Source: Planctomycetota bacterium (lineage in GTDB: Bacteria > Planctomycetota > J058 > J103). Taken from it: a stretch of 64,000 nucleotides of DNA. The position numbers were made by a program, and so were the translations under genes. Below are positions 10,887 to 20,645 of the stretch, piece after piece. Every line of letters starts with the position of its first letter. Position 1 is the stretch's first letter. The stretch is from NCBI GenBank assembly GCA_026004615.1, contig BPJM01000001.1:358733-422732 (forward strand). Reading direction: 5' to 3'. A model generated the notes under the pieces. That model ran no database searches. It had not been told where the DNA came from and saw only the letters and a program-made list of their open reading frames with translations.

Positions 10887-12539
10887 ATGCCGCACCCGCC
10901 GGATCACGACCCTCCGCCGCTCCGCCTGCTGGTGCTGGCGGTGCTGCTCGCGGTGGCCGCAGTGCTCGCGAACCTGGCGCTGCTGCGGTCCTTCGAGTTC
11001 CTGCCCGCTCCGGGCTGGCTGCCGTCCTATGTGCCCCCGCCGCTCGCCGCCCCCGCCGCAGCGAGCCCGAGCGCGGCTCCGGAGGCAGTCGCGCGCCCGC
11101 CGGCGCTGCCCGCGCTCAGCCGGGGCGTGACGCTGGTCATCGCCGACGGCATGCGGCTCGATCTCTCGCGCGCGCTGCCGGCCTGGCAGGCGCTGCGCGC
11201 CGAGGGAGCGGATGTGCTCACGCGCGCGCTCTTCCCCACCTTCACCCGCAACGGCACCGCGACGCTGTTGACCGGGGTGGGACCGCGCTGGCACGGCTTT
11301 CTGTCCAACTTCAACCACCGCCAGAGCCCGGTGCCCTCCATCTTCGATCTGGCGCGGCGCGCCGGGGTGCACACCCGGCTGTTGAGCCAGGTGGCGACGG
11401 TGCTGCCGAAGCAGTTCCCGCATGCCTTCGCCGAGATCGCGCCGCTGCGCCTGGAGGCCGTGGCGAGCGGGCCGCGCCCGCATCTCACGCTGGTCTACTT
11501 CAAGGAGCCGGACCTGACCGCGCACCGCCACGGCGCGGCGAGCGAGGCCTACCGGGAGGCGGCGCGCGGGGTGGATCGCAACCTCGCCCGCATCCGGGCC
11601 GCACTGGACCTGGAGCGCGAGACCCTGATCGTCGCCACCGACCACGGCCACCTCGACCGGGGCGGGCACGGCGGGCACGAGCCGGTGATCGAGCGGATCC
11701 CGCTGGTGCTCGCCGGGGCGGGGGTGCGGCGGGGGGCGGTGCTCGGAGCGGAGGTCGATTCCGATCTGCGCGATGTGGCCCCGACGATCGCCGCCCTGCT
11801 GGGGCTCGCGCCGCCGCCGCTCGCCGGGGGCCGGGTGCTGTGGGAGGCGCTGGAGCTGCCGGCCACCGGGGCGGCGGCGGGGCTCGAGGCTGCCACGGCC
11901 GCCGCGCCGAGCCCGCCGGCAGACTCCGGTGTCCGCTCGCCCGAGCGCGCCGCCGTCCCGGCCGGCTGGCGCACCGAGCGCCGCCCGCTGCATCCGCCGG
12001 CGCCGCCGCAGCAGCCGCCGTTCCGCGGCGCTGCAACGGCGCTGGCGCTCGCGCTGTGGCCGCTGCTGCTGCTGCGGCCGCGCGGGCTCAGGGCGGCTGC
12101 CGGCGCCGCGCTGGCGCTCGGGGGCTTCTATGCGCTCTATGTCGCGCGCGGCCACCCGGTCAGTTTTTCCTGCGTCAACGCCGCCTCGGACATCCCGGCC
12201 TTCATGCTCGAGGTGCTCGGGCTGGGGCTCGCCGCCGCGCTCGCGGGGGTCTTGCTCGCCGGCGCCGCCCGCCGCTACGCCGCCATGGCGCTGGTGGCGG
12301 CGGCGGCGGTGGCGGGCGGCGCCTGGGGCTGGTGCGGGCTCGGAGCGCCCGAAGCGCTCGCCCATCCGCAGGCCGCCTTCCTGGCCTATCTGGCGCTGAG
12401 CGACCTGCTGGCGGTGGCGCTGGTGAGCGCCGCCGCCGCCGCGTGGACAGCGCGCCGCGGCCGGCGGAGCGGGCTGGAGAAAGGCAATCCCATGGCCATC
12501 GCTGCGGCCGGCATTGGCGGCGCACCCGCAGCACCGTAA
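10887..12539 (+). CDS. Alkaline-phosphatase-superfamily (NPP/phosphoethanolamine-transferase-like) membrane protein
   Basis: N-terminal TM; VIADGMR, PTFT (Thr nucleophile), PDLTAHRHG, TDHGH, GGHGG, DVAPTIAALLG; C-terminal TM bundle. Confidence 0.8.
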   Translation: MPHPPDHDPPPLRLLVLAVLLAVAAVLANLALLRSFEFLPAPGWLPSYVPPPLAAPAAASPSAAPEAVARPPALPALSRGVTLVIADGMRLDLSRALPAWQALRAEGADVLTRALFPTFTRNGTATLLTGVGPRWHGFLSNFNHRQSPVPSIFDLARRAGVHTRLLSQVATVLPKQFPHAFAEIAPLRLEAVASGPRPHLTLVYFKEPDLTAHRHGAASEAYREAARGVDRNLARIRAALDLERETLIVATDHGHLDRGGHGGHEPVIERIPLVLAGAGVRRGAVLGAEVDSDLRDVAPTIAALLGLAPPPLAGGRVLWEALELPATGAAAGLEAATAAAPSPPADSGVRSPERAAVPAGWRTERRPLHPPAPPQQPPFRGAATALALALWPLLLLRPRGLRAAAGAALALGGFYALYVARGHPVSFSCVNAASDIPAFMLEVLGLGLAAALAGVLLAGAARRYAAMALVAAAAVAGGAWGWCGLGAPEALAHPQAAFLAYLALSDLLAVALVSAAAAAWTARRGRRSGLEKGNPMAIAAAGIGGAPAAP

Positions 12540-12542
12540 AGT
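12514..12542 (+). promoter_or_regulatory. Putative promoter TTGGCG-N17-TAAAGT for the 12.6-13.4 kb gene pair
   Basis: AT-rich -10 in a GC-rich background with correct spacing. Confidence 0.4.
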
Positions 12543-12563
12543 GGGTATGGAAACAGCGCAGCG

Positions 12564-12833
12564 GTGCGCAGAGCGCCGGGAGCGACAGAGGTGGACCGGG
12601 CCCGAGGCGCGAGCGACGGTGCGAGCCCGCCGGCTCCGGCTGGCCGGCGCCCGAGCCGGAGCGCCGACAGCGCGCGGCGCCAGCAGCTGGCGGAGCAGGC
12701 GACCATGACCGCGCGCGAGCGGCTGCTGCTGGCGCTGGAGCTGGGCGAGCTGGCCGCCCGCCTGGCCCGCCGGGGCGGCGCCCCCGCACAGCCCGGGCCG
12801 GCCGCGCGCGGGGAGCAGGGCGGTGGCCGCTGA
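12564..12833 (+). CDS. Small helical partner protein of the downstream nucleotidyltransferase (start uncertain: 12564, 12591 or 12705)
   Basis: SADSARRQQLAEQATMTARERLLLALELG resembles the 'MTxxERLxLALEL' small proteins found upstream of NTases; overlaps the next gene by 11 nt. Confidence 0.55.
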   Translation: MRRAPGATEVDRARGASDGASPPAPAGRRPSRSADSARRQQLAEQATMTARERLLLALELGELAARLARRGGAPAQPGPAARGEQGGGR

Positions 12834-13413
12834 GGGCCGCGCTGCGCGCACGCTTGCCGAGGCGGAGCGCGTCTCCGCCCTGCTCGGCGCGCGCGGGCTT
12901 CCCTGCGCGGTCATCGGCGCCGCTGCGCTGGCGGTCCACGGCTATCCGCGCGCGACCGCGGATTTCGACCTGGCGACGTGCACGCCGGTGCTCGCCGAAC
13001 TGTATGCCCTGCGCGGCGAGCTGCAGCAGCTGGGCTACCAGGCAGAGTTTCACCCTCCCGACGCGGATGATCCGCTGGGGGGCGTGCTGCTGGTGCGGGG
13101 CGAGGGGTTCTTGCCGATCGAGGTCGTCAATCTTCGGAATCCGCTCGCCGGGCGCCCGGCCGCCCTCGCCGAAGAGGCCCTCGGCAGCGCGCGCGCCGGG
13201 GCGATCGAGCAGAGCCCGCTGCGCGTGGTCGCGCTTCCCTACCTGATCGCCCTCAAGCTCGCCGCAGGGGGCGCGCGCGACCGCAGCGACGTGCTGGCGC
13301 TGCTGGAACGCCAGCGGACGCTCGAGCTCGCCGCGCTGCGGCAGTTGTGCGCCCGGCACGGTCTGGCAGAGCGGCTCGCGCGGGTGCTGGCCGAGCTCGG
13401 ACCTCGCCCCTGA
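12823..13413 (+). CDS. Pol-beta-fold nucleotidyltransferase (DUF6036/AbiEii-like)
   Basis: AVIGAAALAVHGYPRATADFDL (G-x-x-A...R-x-T-x-D-x-D) and C-terminal LIALKLAAGGARDRSDV. Confidence 0.8.
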   Translation: MAAEGRAARTLAEAERVSALLGARGLPCAVIGAAALAVHGYPRATADFDLATCTPVLAELYALRGELQQLGYQAEFHPPDADDPLGGVLLVRGEGFLPIEVVNLRNPLAGRPAALAEEALGSARAGAIEQSPLRVVALPYLIALKLAAGGARDRSDVLALLERQRTLELAALRQLCARHGLAERLARVLAELGPRP

Positions 13414-13628
13414 GCGCCGGCGGCGCGGCTCGGGGGCGCCCCGAGTGCCGGGCGCGCCGCCCGCGGAGCGCCGGTGACTTGACGCCGTGGGCGCCCCGGC
13501 GTACTGCTGGGGGCCAGCCGGGCGGAGCCGGCAGGGGCGGATGCGGAGGGCACGGCGTGTCGGCATGGGCAGGTGTGGCGCGCACCGTCCTCGCCCGGAT
13601 TCCGGGTGCGGCGGTGCTGCTGGAGGGC

Positions 13629-14144
13629 ATGGCCGACGGCGCCGCCCCGGTCAACCCGGTGCGGCGCGCCTGGGACTGGCTGGCGCCGCTGCCGGGCGGG
13701 CGCCGGCTGTTCAGCCTCGCCATCGGGCGCGCCGCGCCGTACACCGCCACGATCCGCCCCCTGGTCGAGGAGCTGCGGCCCGGCTTCGCGCGCGTGCGCA
13801 TGCGCGATCGGCGGGCGGTGCGCAACCACCTCGGCTCGGTGCACGCGGTGGCGCTGGTCAACCTGGCGGAGGTGGCCTCGGGGGTGGCCATGATGTACGC
13901 GCTGCCGCCCGGAGCACGCGGCATCCTGACGGGGCTGTCGATCGAGTATCTGAAGAAGGCACGGGGAACGCTGACCGCGACCGGCCGCTGCCCGGTCCCC
14001 CAGAGCGCCGAGCGGCGCGAATACGAGGCCGAGGCGGAGATCCGCAACCGCGCCGGCGAGGTGGTGGCGCGGGCCCGGGCGCGCTGGCTCGTCGGCCCGC
14101 CCAGGCAGGCGGGCGCTTCGCAGGAGCGCCCCGAGGGGAGGTGA
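13629..14144 (+). CDS. Hotdog-fold thioesterase (DUF4442/PaaI-like)
   Basis: APYTATIRP, VRNHLGSVHAVALVNLAE, IEYLKKARG; ATG after GGAGG. Confidence 0.85.
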   Translation: MADGAAPVNPVRRAWDWLAPLPGGRRLFSLAIGRAAPYTATIRPLVEELRPGFARVRMRDRRAVRNHLGSVHAVALVNLAEVASGVAMMYALPPGARGILTGLSIEYLKKARGTLTATGRCPVPQSAERREYEAEAEIRNRAGEVVARARARWLVGPPRQAGASQERPEGR

Positions 14145-14149
14145 GCCGC

Positions 14150-15019
14150 ATGCAAGCCGCCGCACAGACGAGCGCCACCGCGCCCGCCGCCTTCCGCCGC
14201 GCCGTGCTCGGGCGGACCGGACGGGAGCTGCTCCGGATCGGGGTCGGCTCCAGCTTCGGGATCGGCGGCCGCGAGCTGGAGCAGGCGGTCGAGGAGCACG
14301 GCGTGCAGTACCTGTACTGGGGCACGCTGCGCACGCCCTGGTTCGGCCGCGCGATCCGCAACCTGTGCCGGCGGGGGCTACGGGAGCATCTGTTCATCGT
14401 GGTGCAGAGCTACTCCCGGCTCGCCTCGCTGGTGCGGCCGAGCCTGTGCGTGGCGCTGCGGCGGCTGGGCATCGAGCGCACCGACCTGCTCCTGCTGGGG
14501 TGGTGGAACGCTCCGGTCTGGCCGCGCATCCTGGAGGCCGCGCTCGCCTGCCAGGAGCGCGGGCTGGTGACACACCTCGGCGTCTCCACGCACCAGCGCC
14601 CGCTGGTGCCGGGCTTCGCCGGCCCGGACTCGCCCTTTGCGGTGGTCCACTTCCGCTACAACGCCGCGCACCGCGGCGCCGAGCGCGACATCTTCCCGCA
14701 CCTGCCGGCGGCGCGCTCCGAGCGGGCGGGGCTGGTCGCATTCACCGCCCTGCGCTGGGGCCAGCTGCTGGTGGCGCCGGCCGGCGCCCCACCCGAGCTG
14801 CCGGTCCCGACCGCGGCGGACTGCTACCGCTTCGTGCTCTCCAGCCCCCACGTCGATGTCTGCCTCTGTGGCCCGCGCCGGGGCGCCGACCTGCGGCACG
14901 CGCTGACGGCGCTCGAGCGCGGGCCCATGGACCCCGAGGAGCTGGCCTGGATGCGGCGGTTCGGGGATGCGGTCTACGCCGCGCGCGGCAATCCCCTGCC
15001 GTTCAGCATCCGCGCCTGA
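14150..15019 (+). CDS. Aldo/keto reductase-fold protein (divergent)
   Basis: RAVLGRTG, SL..LRRLGIERTDLLLLG, GLVTHLGVSTH, RYNAAHRGAE, CYRFVLSSP.VD..L.GP. Confidence 0.75.
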   Translation: MQAAAQTSATAPAAFRRAVLGRTGRELLRIGVGSSFGIGGRELEQAVEEHGVQYLYWGTLRTPWFGRAIRNLCRRGLREHLFIVVQSYSRLASLVRPSLCVALRRLGIERTDLLLLGWWNAPVWPRILEAALACQERGLVTHLGVSTHQRPLVPGFAGPDSPFAVVHFRYNAAHRGAERDIFPHLPAARSERAGLVAFTALRWGQLLVAPAGAPPELPVPTAADCYRFVLSSPHVDVCLCGPRRGADLRHALTALERGPMDPEELAWMRRFGDAVYAARGNPLPFSIRA

Positions 15020-15031
15020 GGGCGGCCGAGT

Positions 15032-15760
15032 ATGCGCAACCTGCTCGTGAGCCTGGCAATCGCGACCGCGCTCTACGTGCTGCTCGGGGTGGTGCTCGGC
15101 TGGGGCGGCTACGCCCTGCTGGTGGCGGTGCCGGCGATGATGCTGGCGAACTTCCTGCTCGCCCGCCGCACCTCGCGCCGGCTGGAGGCGCTGTTCCAGG
15201 AGGTGAGCCGGGCGTTGCAACAGCGGCACGTCGACCATGCGATCAAGCTGCTGGAAGAGGCCAAGCGCACCTACCGCGACCAGTTCTTCCTCGGCAAGGC
15301 GCTCGATGCGCAGATCGGCACCATCCTGTACGCCCACAAGCGCGAGTTCGCCGCTGCGCGCCCGTACCTGGAGCGGGCCCCGCTCAAGAACTGGCAGGCC
15401 CGGGCGATGCTCGCCGCCTCGTATTTCAAGGACAAGGACTACGCGGCGATGGAGCGGGTGTTCGAGCAGGCGTGCAAGAAGAACAAACGGGCGGGGCTGT
15501 TGTGGGCGACCTACGCCTGGTGCCAGTACAAGCGAGGGCTGCGCGAGCAGGCCATCGAGATCCTGGCGCGCGCGCTGCGCCACCAGCCGGGTGACGAAAA
15601 GCTCAAGGCGAGCCTGCTCGCGCTGCAGAACGAACGCCGGCTGCGCATGCGCCGCTACGAGCCGGAATGGTGGGCGTTCCACCTGGAGAAGGTGCCGCAG
15701 CCGCGCCAGGAGATCCGGCTGCGGCGCGGCCGCCGTCCCGGCCGCGGCCAGCGGCGCTGA
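15032..15760 (+). CDS. Membrane-anchored TPR-like protein
   Basis: Two N-terminal TM helices followed by helical repeats (AQIGTILY, ARPYLERA, AIEILARAL). Confidence 0.7.
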   Translation: MRNLLVSLAIATALYVLLGVVLGWGGYALLVAVPAMMLANFLLARRTSRRLEALFQEVSRALQQRHVDHAIKLLEEAKRTYRDQFFLGKALDAQIGTILYAHKREFAAARPYLERAPLKNWQARAMLAASYFKDKDYAAMERVFEQACKKNKRAGLLWATYAWCQYKRGLREQAIEILARALRHQPGDEKLKASLLALQNERRLRMRRYEPEWWAFHLEKVPQPRQEIRLRRGRRPGRGQRR

Positions 15761-15991
15761 GCACACCGCCGGAGCGCTCCAGGTCCTGCTGGTCACGGCA
15801 ATGTTCGCCCCGAGCGAGGCGGGCGAGCGCGACCGGTGCCTGGCTCGGCCACCGCTTCACCGGCGGGCATGGCATCGAGATCACGCCCGTGCCGAGCACC
15901 CGCCGCGGGGCGTACAGCAAAGAGCCTTCCGCCCCGCGCCGGCTTGCGGTACAACGACGCCTGCCGGCGCGGAGGCGGAGGCTTGCTGGCC

Positions 15992-16604
15992 GTGGGGGGA
16001 CTCGCTGGATCGGCGCGCGCCCGCACCGCGCACGGGGCGCTGCTCGTGGCGGCGCTGCTGCTGGCATGGGCGGCGCCGCAGGCGCGCGCGCGGCTCGGCG
16101 AGCCGCTGGAGGTGCTGCGCCAGAGCGAGCTGTTCGCCTTCCTCGGTGCCACCGAGACCGGCAGCGAGCGCGAGCCGCGGGGGGCACACCATCGTCAGCT
16201 ACGCGCCGCGCATCCAGCGGCTGCGACCGCTGGTGAGCGTGCGGGCCACGATCGACCGCGAGCAGCGGCTGCTGGTGCTGGAGCTCGTGCTGGCGCGGCG
16301 GCTGATCGAGCACAGCACCGACGGGGTGTTCGCGCGCGACATCCTGCGGCGCGGGTTGCGCGCGGCCCTGCCCGCCGGCGACCTCGCGGAGCTCGCGCCG
16401 CTCTTCGCAGAGCTCGAGCGCTCCGAGACCCGCCCCCCGCCGGACGCCTCGCCCGCCTACCGGACCTTCCTCGGCGCGCAGGAGCGCTGCGAGCAGCAGC
16501 TGCCGAGCTCCCTGTTGCGGCTGGAGAATGCGGGCCGCGACGAGGCGGCCTCGCTCCGGGTGACCCTGGCGCTGCGCCGTGCACCTGAGGGCGGCGGGGA
16601 CTGA
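15992..16604 (+). CDS. Secreted hypothetical protein, frameshifted at the G-run near 16180
   Basis: Signal-like LLVAALLLAWAAPQARA in one frame continues as GHTIVSYAPRIQRLRPLVSV...FARDILRRGL in the frame of ORF 15237..16604. Confidence 0.55.
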
Positions 16605-16768
16605 ACCGCCCCTGCGAACCGGCCGCACCCAACCATGAGGCACTGCCTGCCCGGCCGGCGCGGCTCGCGGCGATCGCGCGCGCCTTGCGCAGCTCCGCTG
16701 GTCGTGATATCCGTCCGGCCGAGCCGGCACGCTTCCGGTCCGCCCGATGCGCATGGAGGAACAAGCTC

Positions 16769-17377
16769 ATGGACAAGCCCGCGCCCGCCGATCACCCGAT
16801 CCACGAGCTGATCCGCCGCCGCTGGAGCCCGCGCGCGTTCGCCGACCGCCCGGTCGCGCCGGAGCTGCTGCGCTCGCTCTTCGAAGCGGCGCGCTGGGCA
16901 GCCTCCTCCTACAACGAGCAGCCCTGGCGCTACATCGTCGCGCCGCGCGAGGACCAGCAGACCTACGGCAAGCTGCTCGACTGCCTGGTGCCGGGCAACC
17001 AGCGCTGGGCGCGGCACGCCCCGGTGCTGGCGCTCTCGGTCGCCCGGCTCCGCTTCACGCACAACGACCGGCCGAACCGGCACGCCTGGCACGACGTCGG
17101 CGCCGCCTCGGCCCTGCTGGCGCTGGAGGCGACCGCCCGCGGGCTCGCGATCCACCAGATGGCCGGCTTCGAGGCCGAGCGCGCGCGGCAGGCGTTCGGG
17201 ATCCCGCAGGAGTTCGACCCGGTGGCGGCGATCGCGCTCGGCTACCCCGGCGATCCGCAGGCGCTGCCCGAGGACCTGCGCGAGCGCGAACTCGCGCCGC
17301 GCCAGCGCCGTCCGCTCGCCGAGACGGTCTTCGGCGGCCGCTGGGGCGAGCCCCTAGCCTTGCTCCACCTGGACTGA
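16769..17377 (+). CDS. Nitroreductase family protein
   Basis: IRRRWSPRAF, ARWAASSYNEQPWRY, HQMAGF, ALGYPG; RBS GGAGGA. Confidence 0.92.
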   Translation: MDKPAPADHPIHELIRRRWSPRAFADRPVAPELLRSLFEAARWAASSYNEQPWRYIVAPREDQQTYGKLLDCLVPGNQRWARHAPVLALSVARLRFTHNDRPNRHAWHDVGAASALLALEATARGLAIHQMAGFEAERARQAFGIPQEFDPVAAIALGYPGDPQALPEDLRERELAPRQRRPLAETVFGGRWGEPLALLHLD

Positions 17378-17403
17378 ACCGGTGGCGGCCGGTCCCCCGC
17401 AGC

Positions 17404-19044
17404 TCAGGGGGCGAGCGGCTCCCCGCCCGGCTGCGGGCGCTCCTCGGCCAGCCGCGGCCGCAGCCAGGTCTCGCTCGGATCCCAGGGCGGGGCGGTGATC
17501 GAGGGCCGCAGCCGCTCCACCACCCGCGAGAGCTGGATGCGGTTGAAGAAGTTGCTGAACGCCATCCAGACCGCCAGGCCGTTGAGGTCCTGAAAGGGCG
17601 GCGGGATGTACTTGGGCGGATCGACCACGCCGTGCCGGGCCGCATCGTAGAGCACCGGCACGTCCTCCAGCGTCACCTTGCCGACGAACAGAAACGGGAT
17701 CAGCTCCGGCCGCCCGAGCCGGATGCAGGTCCTGAGCCAGTTGTACAGCTGGACGAAGCCCTTGCAGTAACTCACATCCTTGGTGAACGGCGCCCCGCCG
17801 CTCACCACCCCGCCGCGGAAGACGCGCTGGGCGTTGAGCAGGCACTCGGCCTCGCTGAAACCCTCGATCCGATAGAACTCGATGATGTCGAGCAGATCCG
17901 CCCCATCCTCGGCCTTGTCGATCGCGATGACGCGATAGTTGAGTTTGCGCGCGCGCACGGGCAAGGAGACGAAGGTCACCACCTCCAGCAGCACCGCCAG
18001 CCCTTCCTGGACCGGGGTGGTGCACGGCGGCCCCTTGGACAACCAGGTCGCCACCCGCTGGTTCTGGCCGCTGAGCGAGGTGCCGATGTGCGCCCAGCCC
18101 TCGTGCACCTCCAGGATCTGCAGGTCCCGCTCGCTGAACTGAACCCCCTGCTTGATCTTGAGGTAGTCGGCGCCGGCCGCCGCATCGGAGACGATCCCGT
18201 CGTCGAGCTGCACCCGGACCTGGTCGTCGTGGAAGTAGGCGCGGAACCGCTCGTTGAGCCGCGCCACCGCCTGCTCGGCGCTGAGGGTGCGCGGATAGGT
18301 GATGCCCAGCTTGGTGTCGTCGAGCCCCGAGAAGATCTCGTAGATCATGAGGCCGAGGCCGCGCAGCGTCGTCTTGCCGTCGTAAAACGTCTCCTTCGGC
18401 GTGCCGTACAGCTCCCGCGCGTGGCGGTAGAACTCCGGCGTGCCGCGCGCGGCGAGCATGCGCACCACCTGCTGGTACTCCGCGCAGTTGCGCCACAGGA
18501 TGGCCCCGATCGGATCGTCCTTGCCGAGGTGGCGCTCGATGTCGCGCCCGATCGCCGCCAGCTCCTCGAGCTTCGCCTCGGGTTCGAACTCCAGTGGGAT
18601 CCTGCGGTAGTACTCCGCGTCCACCGCCGGCAACCGCTTGTAGTTGCTGGCCCGCAGCTCGGCGAAGACCTCCGGGCCCCACTTGATCGCATTCAGGATG
18701 CGGATCGGCCGCTGCGCGCGCACCAGCCGCTCGGACAGGTGGCAGATCCGTTCCTTGTAGGTGGCGAACACGCCCGCGCGCACCGGCCGGCCGAGCGGCG
18801 GCACCGCCCGCAGCCGCGCGGCGCCCCCGGCGTCCGCCGTTCCCGGCGGCGACGCAGGCACCTCGACGTCGTCCAGCGCTTCGGGCTCGGCTGCCGGCCC
18901 GCCCGGCGGTGCCGCCGGCAGCCCCGCGTGCGAGGCGGCCGCACCGCGGCCCTCGCGCACCGAGCCCCCGTCCCCCTCGCCGGCGCCACAGACCAGGCGC
19001 GCGCTCTCCGGCCGCCCCGGAACGTCATCGCTCATCGCTGCCAT
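17404..19044 (-). CDS. QEGLA-motif/DUF1704 metallo-carboxypeptidase ('flavohemoglobin expression-modulating QEGLA motif protein'); start 19044 or 19035
   Basis: HEGWAH (HExxxH), TPVQEGLA, RVFRGG, FTKDVSYCKG, LFVGKVTLED. Confidence 0.88.
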   Translation of the reverse strand: MAAMSDDVPGRPESARLVCGAGEGDGGSVREGRGAAASHAGLPAAPPGGPAAEPEALDDVEVPASPPGTADAGGAARLRAVPPLGRPVRAGVFATYKERICHLSERLVRAQRPIRILNAIKWGPEVFAELRASNYKRLPAVDAEYYRRIPLEFEPEAKLEELAAIGRDIERHLGKDDPIGAILWRNCAEYQQVVRMLAARGTPEFYRHARELYGTPKETFYDGKTTLRGLGLMIYEIFSGLDDTKLGITYPRTLSAEQAVARLNERFRAYFHDDQVRVQLDDGIVSDAAAGADYLKIKQGVQFSERDLQILEVHEGWAHIGTSLSGQNQRVATWLSKGPPCTTPVQEGLAVLLEVVTFVSLPVRARKLNYRVIAIDKAEDGADLLDIIEFYRIEGFSEAECLLNAQRVFRGGVVSGGAPFTKDVSYCKGFVQLYNWLRTCIRLGRPELIPFLFVGKVTLEDVPVLYDAARHGVVDPPKYIPPPFQDLNGLAVWMAFSNFFNRIQLSRVVERLRPSITAPPWDPSETWLRPRLAEERPQPGGEPLAP

Positions 19045-19753
19045 GATAGCACCCGCTGCCCCCGCCGCAGGCGCGCACCCGTACCGTGGCGAGCAGATGC
19101 CCCTGCAGGCGATACCACCGGCCCTCGACCTCGAACGGCCCCTCGCCGCGCGCCAGCCACAGCCGCACCACCGCACCGCCCTCCGGCCGAAGCTCGACCT
19201 CGGCCTCCTGGAAGCCCACGAAGCGCTCGACGAACGGATCCAGCGCCTTGTACAGCGCCTCCTTGAGCGCGAAGCGGAGCACGGTCGCCTCCCACGCCTG
19301 GGCGGCGCCGAGCCCGGCGAGCCCCGCCCGCTCCCGCTCGGTGAGCACCCGCCTCGCCACCGCCGGCCGCGGCGGCGCCAGCGCCTCCACGTCCACCCCC
19401 AGCCGCCAGCCCCCGGCCGCGCGGGCGGCGAGCGCGACCGCCAGCCGCTCCTTGTGGCTGATCGATCCCACCACGCCCGGGGGCAGCGCCGGCGCCCCGC
19501 GCGCGGTGCTGCCCACCGCCTGGCGTGGCACCCCCAGGTGCCCGAGCGCCGCCGCCATCGCCAGCCGCCCCCCGACCCAGCCGGCCCGCCGCGCCGGCCC
19601 CAGCGCCAGCGCCGCCGCCCGCTCGGCCGGCTCCAGCCGCGCCAGCACCGCGGGCGGTACCTCGGCCCCGCCGCCGGGCAGCCGCACCCCGGCGCACACC
19701 CCGTGCTCCAGCTCTCGCAGCCAGGCGAGGGCGAACGGCTCCGGCCCGCTCAC
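19025..19753 (-). CDS. 4'-phosphopantetheinyl transferase (EntD/Sfp-like)
   Basis: RRAGWVGGR, GAP.LP.GVVGSISH, LGVDVE, FALKEALYKAL; GTG overlaps the upstream TGA (GTGA). Confidence 0.88.
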   Translation of the reverse strand: MSGPEPFALAWLRELEHGVCAGVRLPGGGAEVPPAVLARLEPAERAAALALGPARRAGWVGGRLAMAAALGHLGVPRQAVGSTARGAPALPPGVVGSISHKERLAVALAARAAGGWRLGVDVEALAPPRPAVARRVLTERERAGLAGLGAAQAWEATVLRFALKEALYKALDPFVERFVGFQEAEVELRPEGGAVVRLWLARGEGPFEVEGRWYRLQGHLLATVRVRACGGGSGCYHGSDER

Positions 19754-20473
19754 CCCATCGCCACCAGGATGCGCGTGTCGCCGAACGCGATCACGTCGCA
19801 GTTGGACAGCTCCGCCTGTTCCACCCGGGCGTTGTTGACGAAGGTGCCGTTCTTGCTCATGCAGTCGCGCACGAACAGCCGGCCGTCCTCCCAGACGATC
19901 TGCGCCTGGGTCACGGAGGCCCCGGGATCGTGCACCTGGAAGACGTTGTGCGCACCCCGTCCGATCGTCACCGGCTCGGCGCCGACCGGCATGCCGCGGC
20001 CGCGATCCGGACCGGCGACGCAGATCAGGAACGCCTGGATGCCGGGTGCCTGCAGCTCCTTGTAGATCGCGCTCAGGCTGGGGATCGCATGCGCCTTCTG
20101 ATCGGCGACGAACTGCCGCGCCACGGTGGATTCCGCCTCCCCGGCGGGCATGCGTATCGACCTGGTGCGGGCCGGGCGGCGGGGAGTACTGCGCGCGCGC
20201 CCTGGGCGAGCGCCCCCGGCCGGAGCGGCTCGCCCGCGGCCCCCCGCCGGCACGGCGCCGCCCTGCGCTTCCCCACACGCCCGCCCGGCCGCCTCCTTGC
20301 GCGCGCCCGGGCGGGCCCGGCCCAGCCACAGCAGCGCCGCCCCCGCTGGCGGCGCCCGCGGCGGCGATGAGCCCGCCCGTGGCGGACAGGCCGACCGCGA
20401 TCAGGGTCATGCCGCTGGCCAGCCCCGCGGACAGCACCACCACCCCTGCCAACCCGACCGGGTCCAGCACCAT
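19750..20473 (-). CDS. Membrane-anchored FHA-domain protein, paralog 1 (frameshift in the linker)
   Basis: C-terminal FHA: VTIGRG, ASVTQAQI, DCMSKNGTFVN, DVIAFG (ORF 19750..20253). The N-terminal hydrophobic segment MVLDPVGLAGVVVLSAG lies in another frame. Confidence 0.75.
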
Positions 20474-20645
20474 GCGCCGCACCCCTTCCCCGCACCCGCC
20501 GGCGGCACGCCTCGCCGTCTCGCCCCAGTCAAGCGGAGCGCCGCGCGCGCTGTCAAGGTGCCGAGCCCGGCCGCCGCCTCTCTTGGAACCGCAGCGCCGG
20601 ATCAGGCGGCGGCGCGCCGGCGCGCACCGCCGGCACCGAGCCGCC

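Noticed and set aside
19025-20482. Apparent TM-PPTase fusion of 485 aa
   Set aside because: The N-terminal TM belongs to FHA paralog 1 via a frameshift; the PPTase has its own GTG overlapping the FHA stop.
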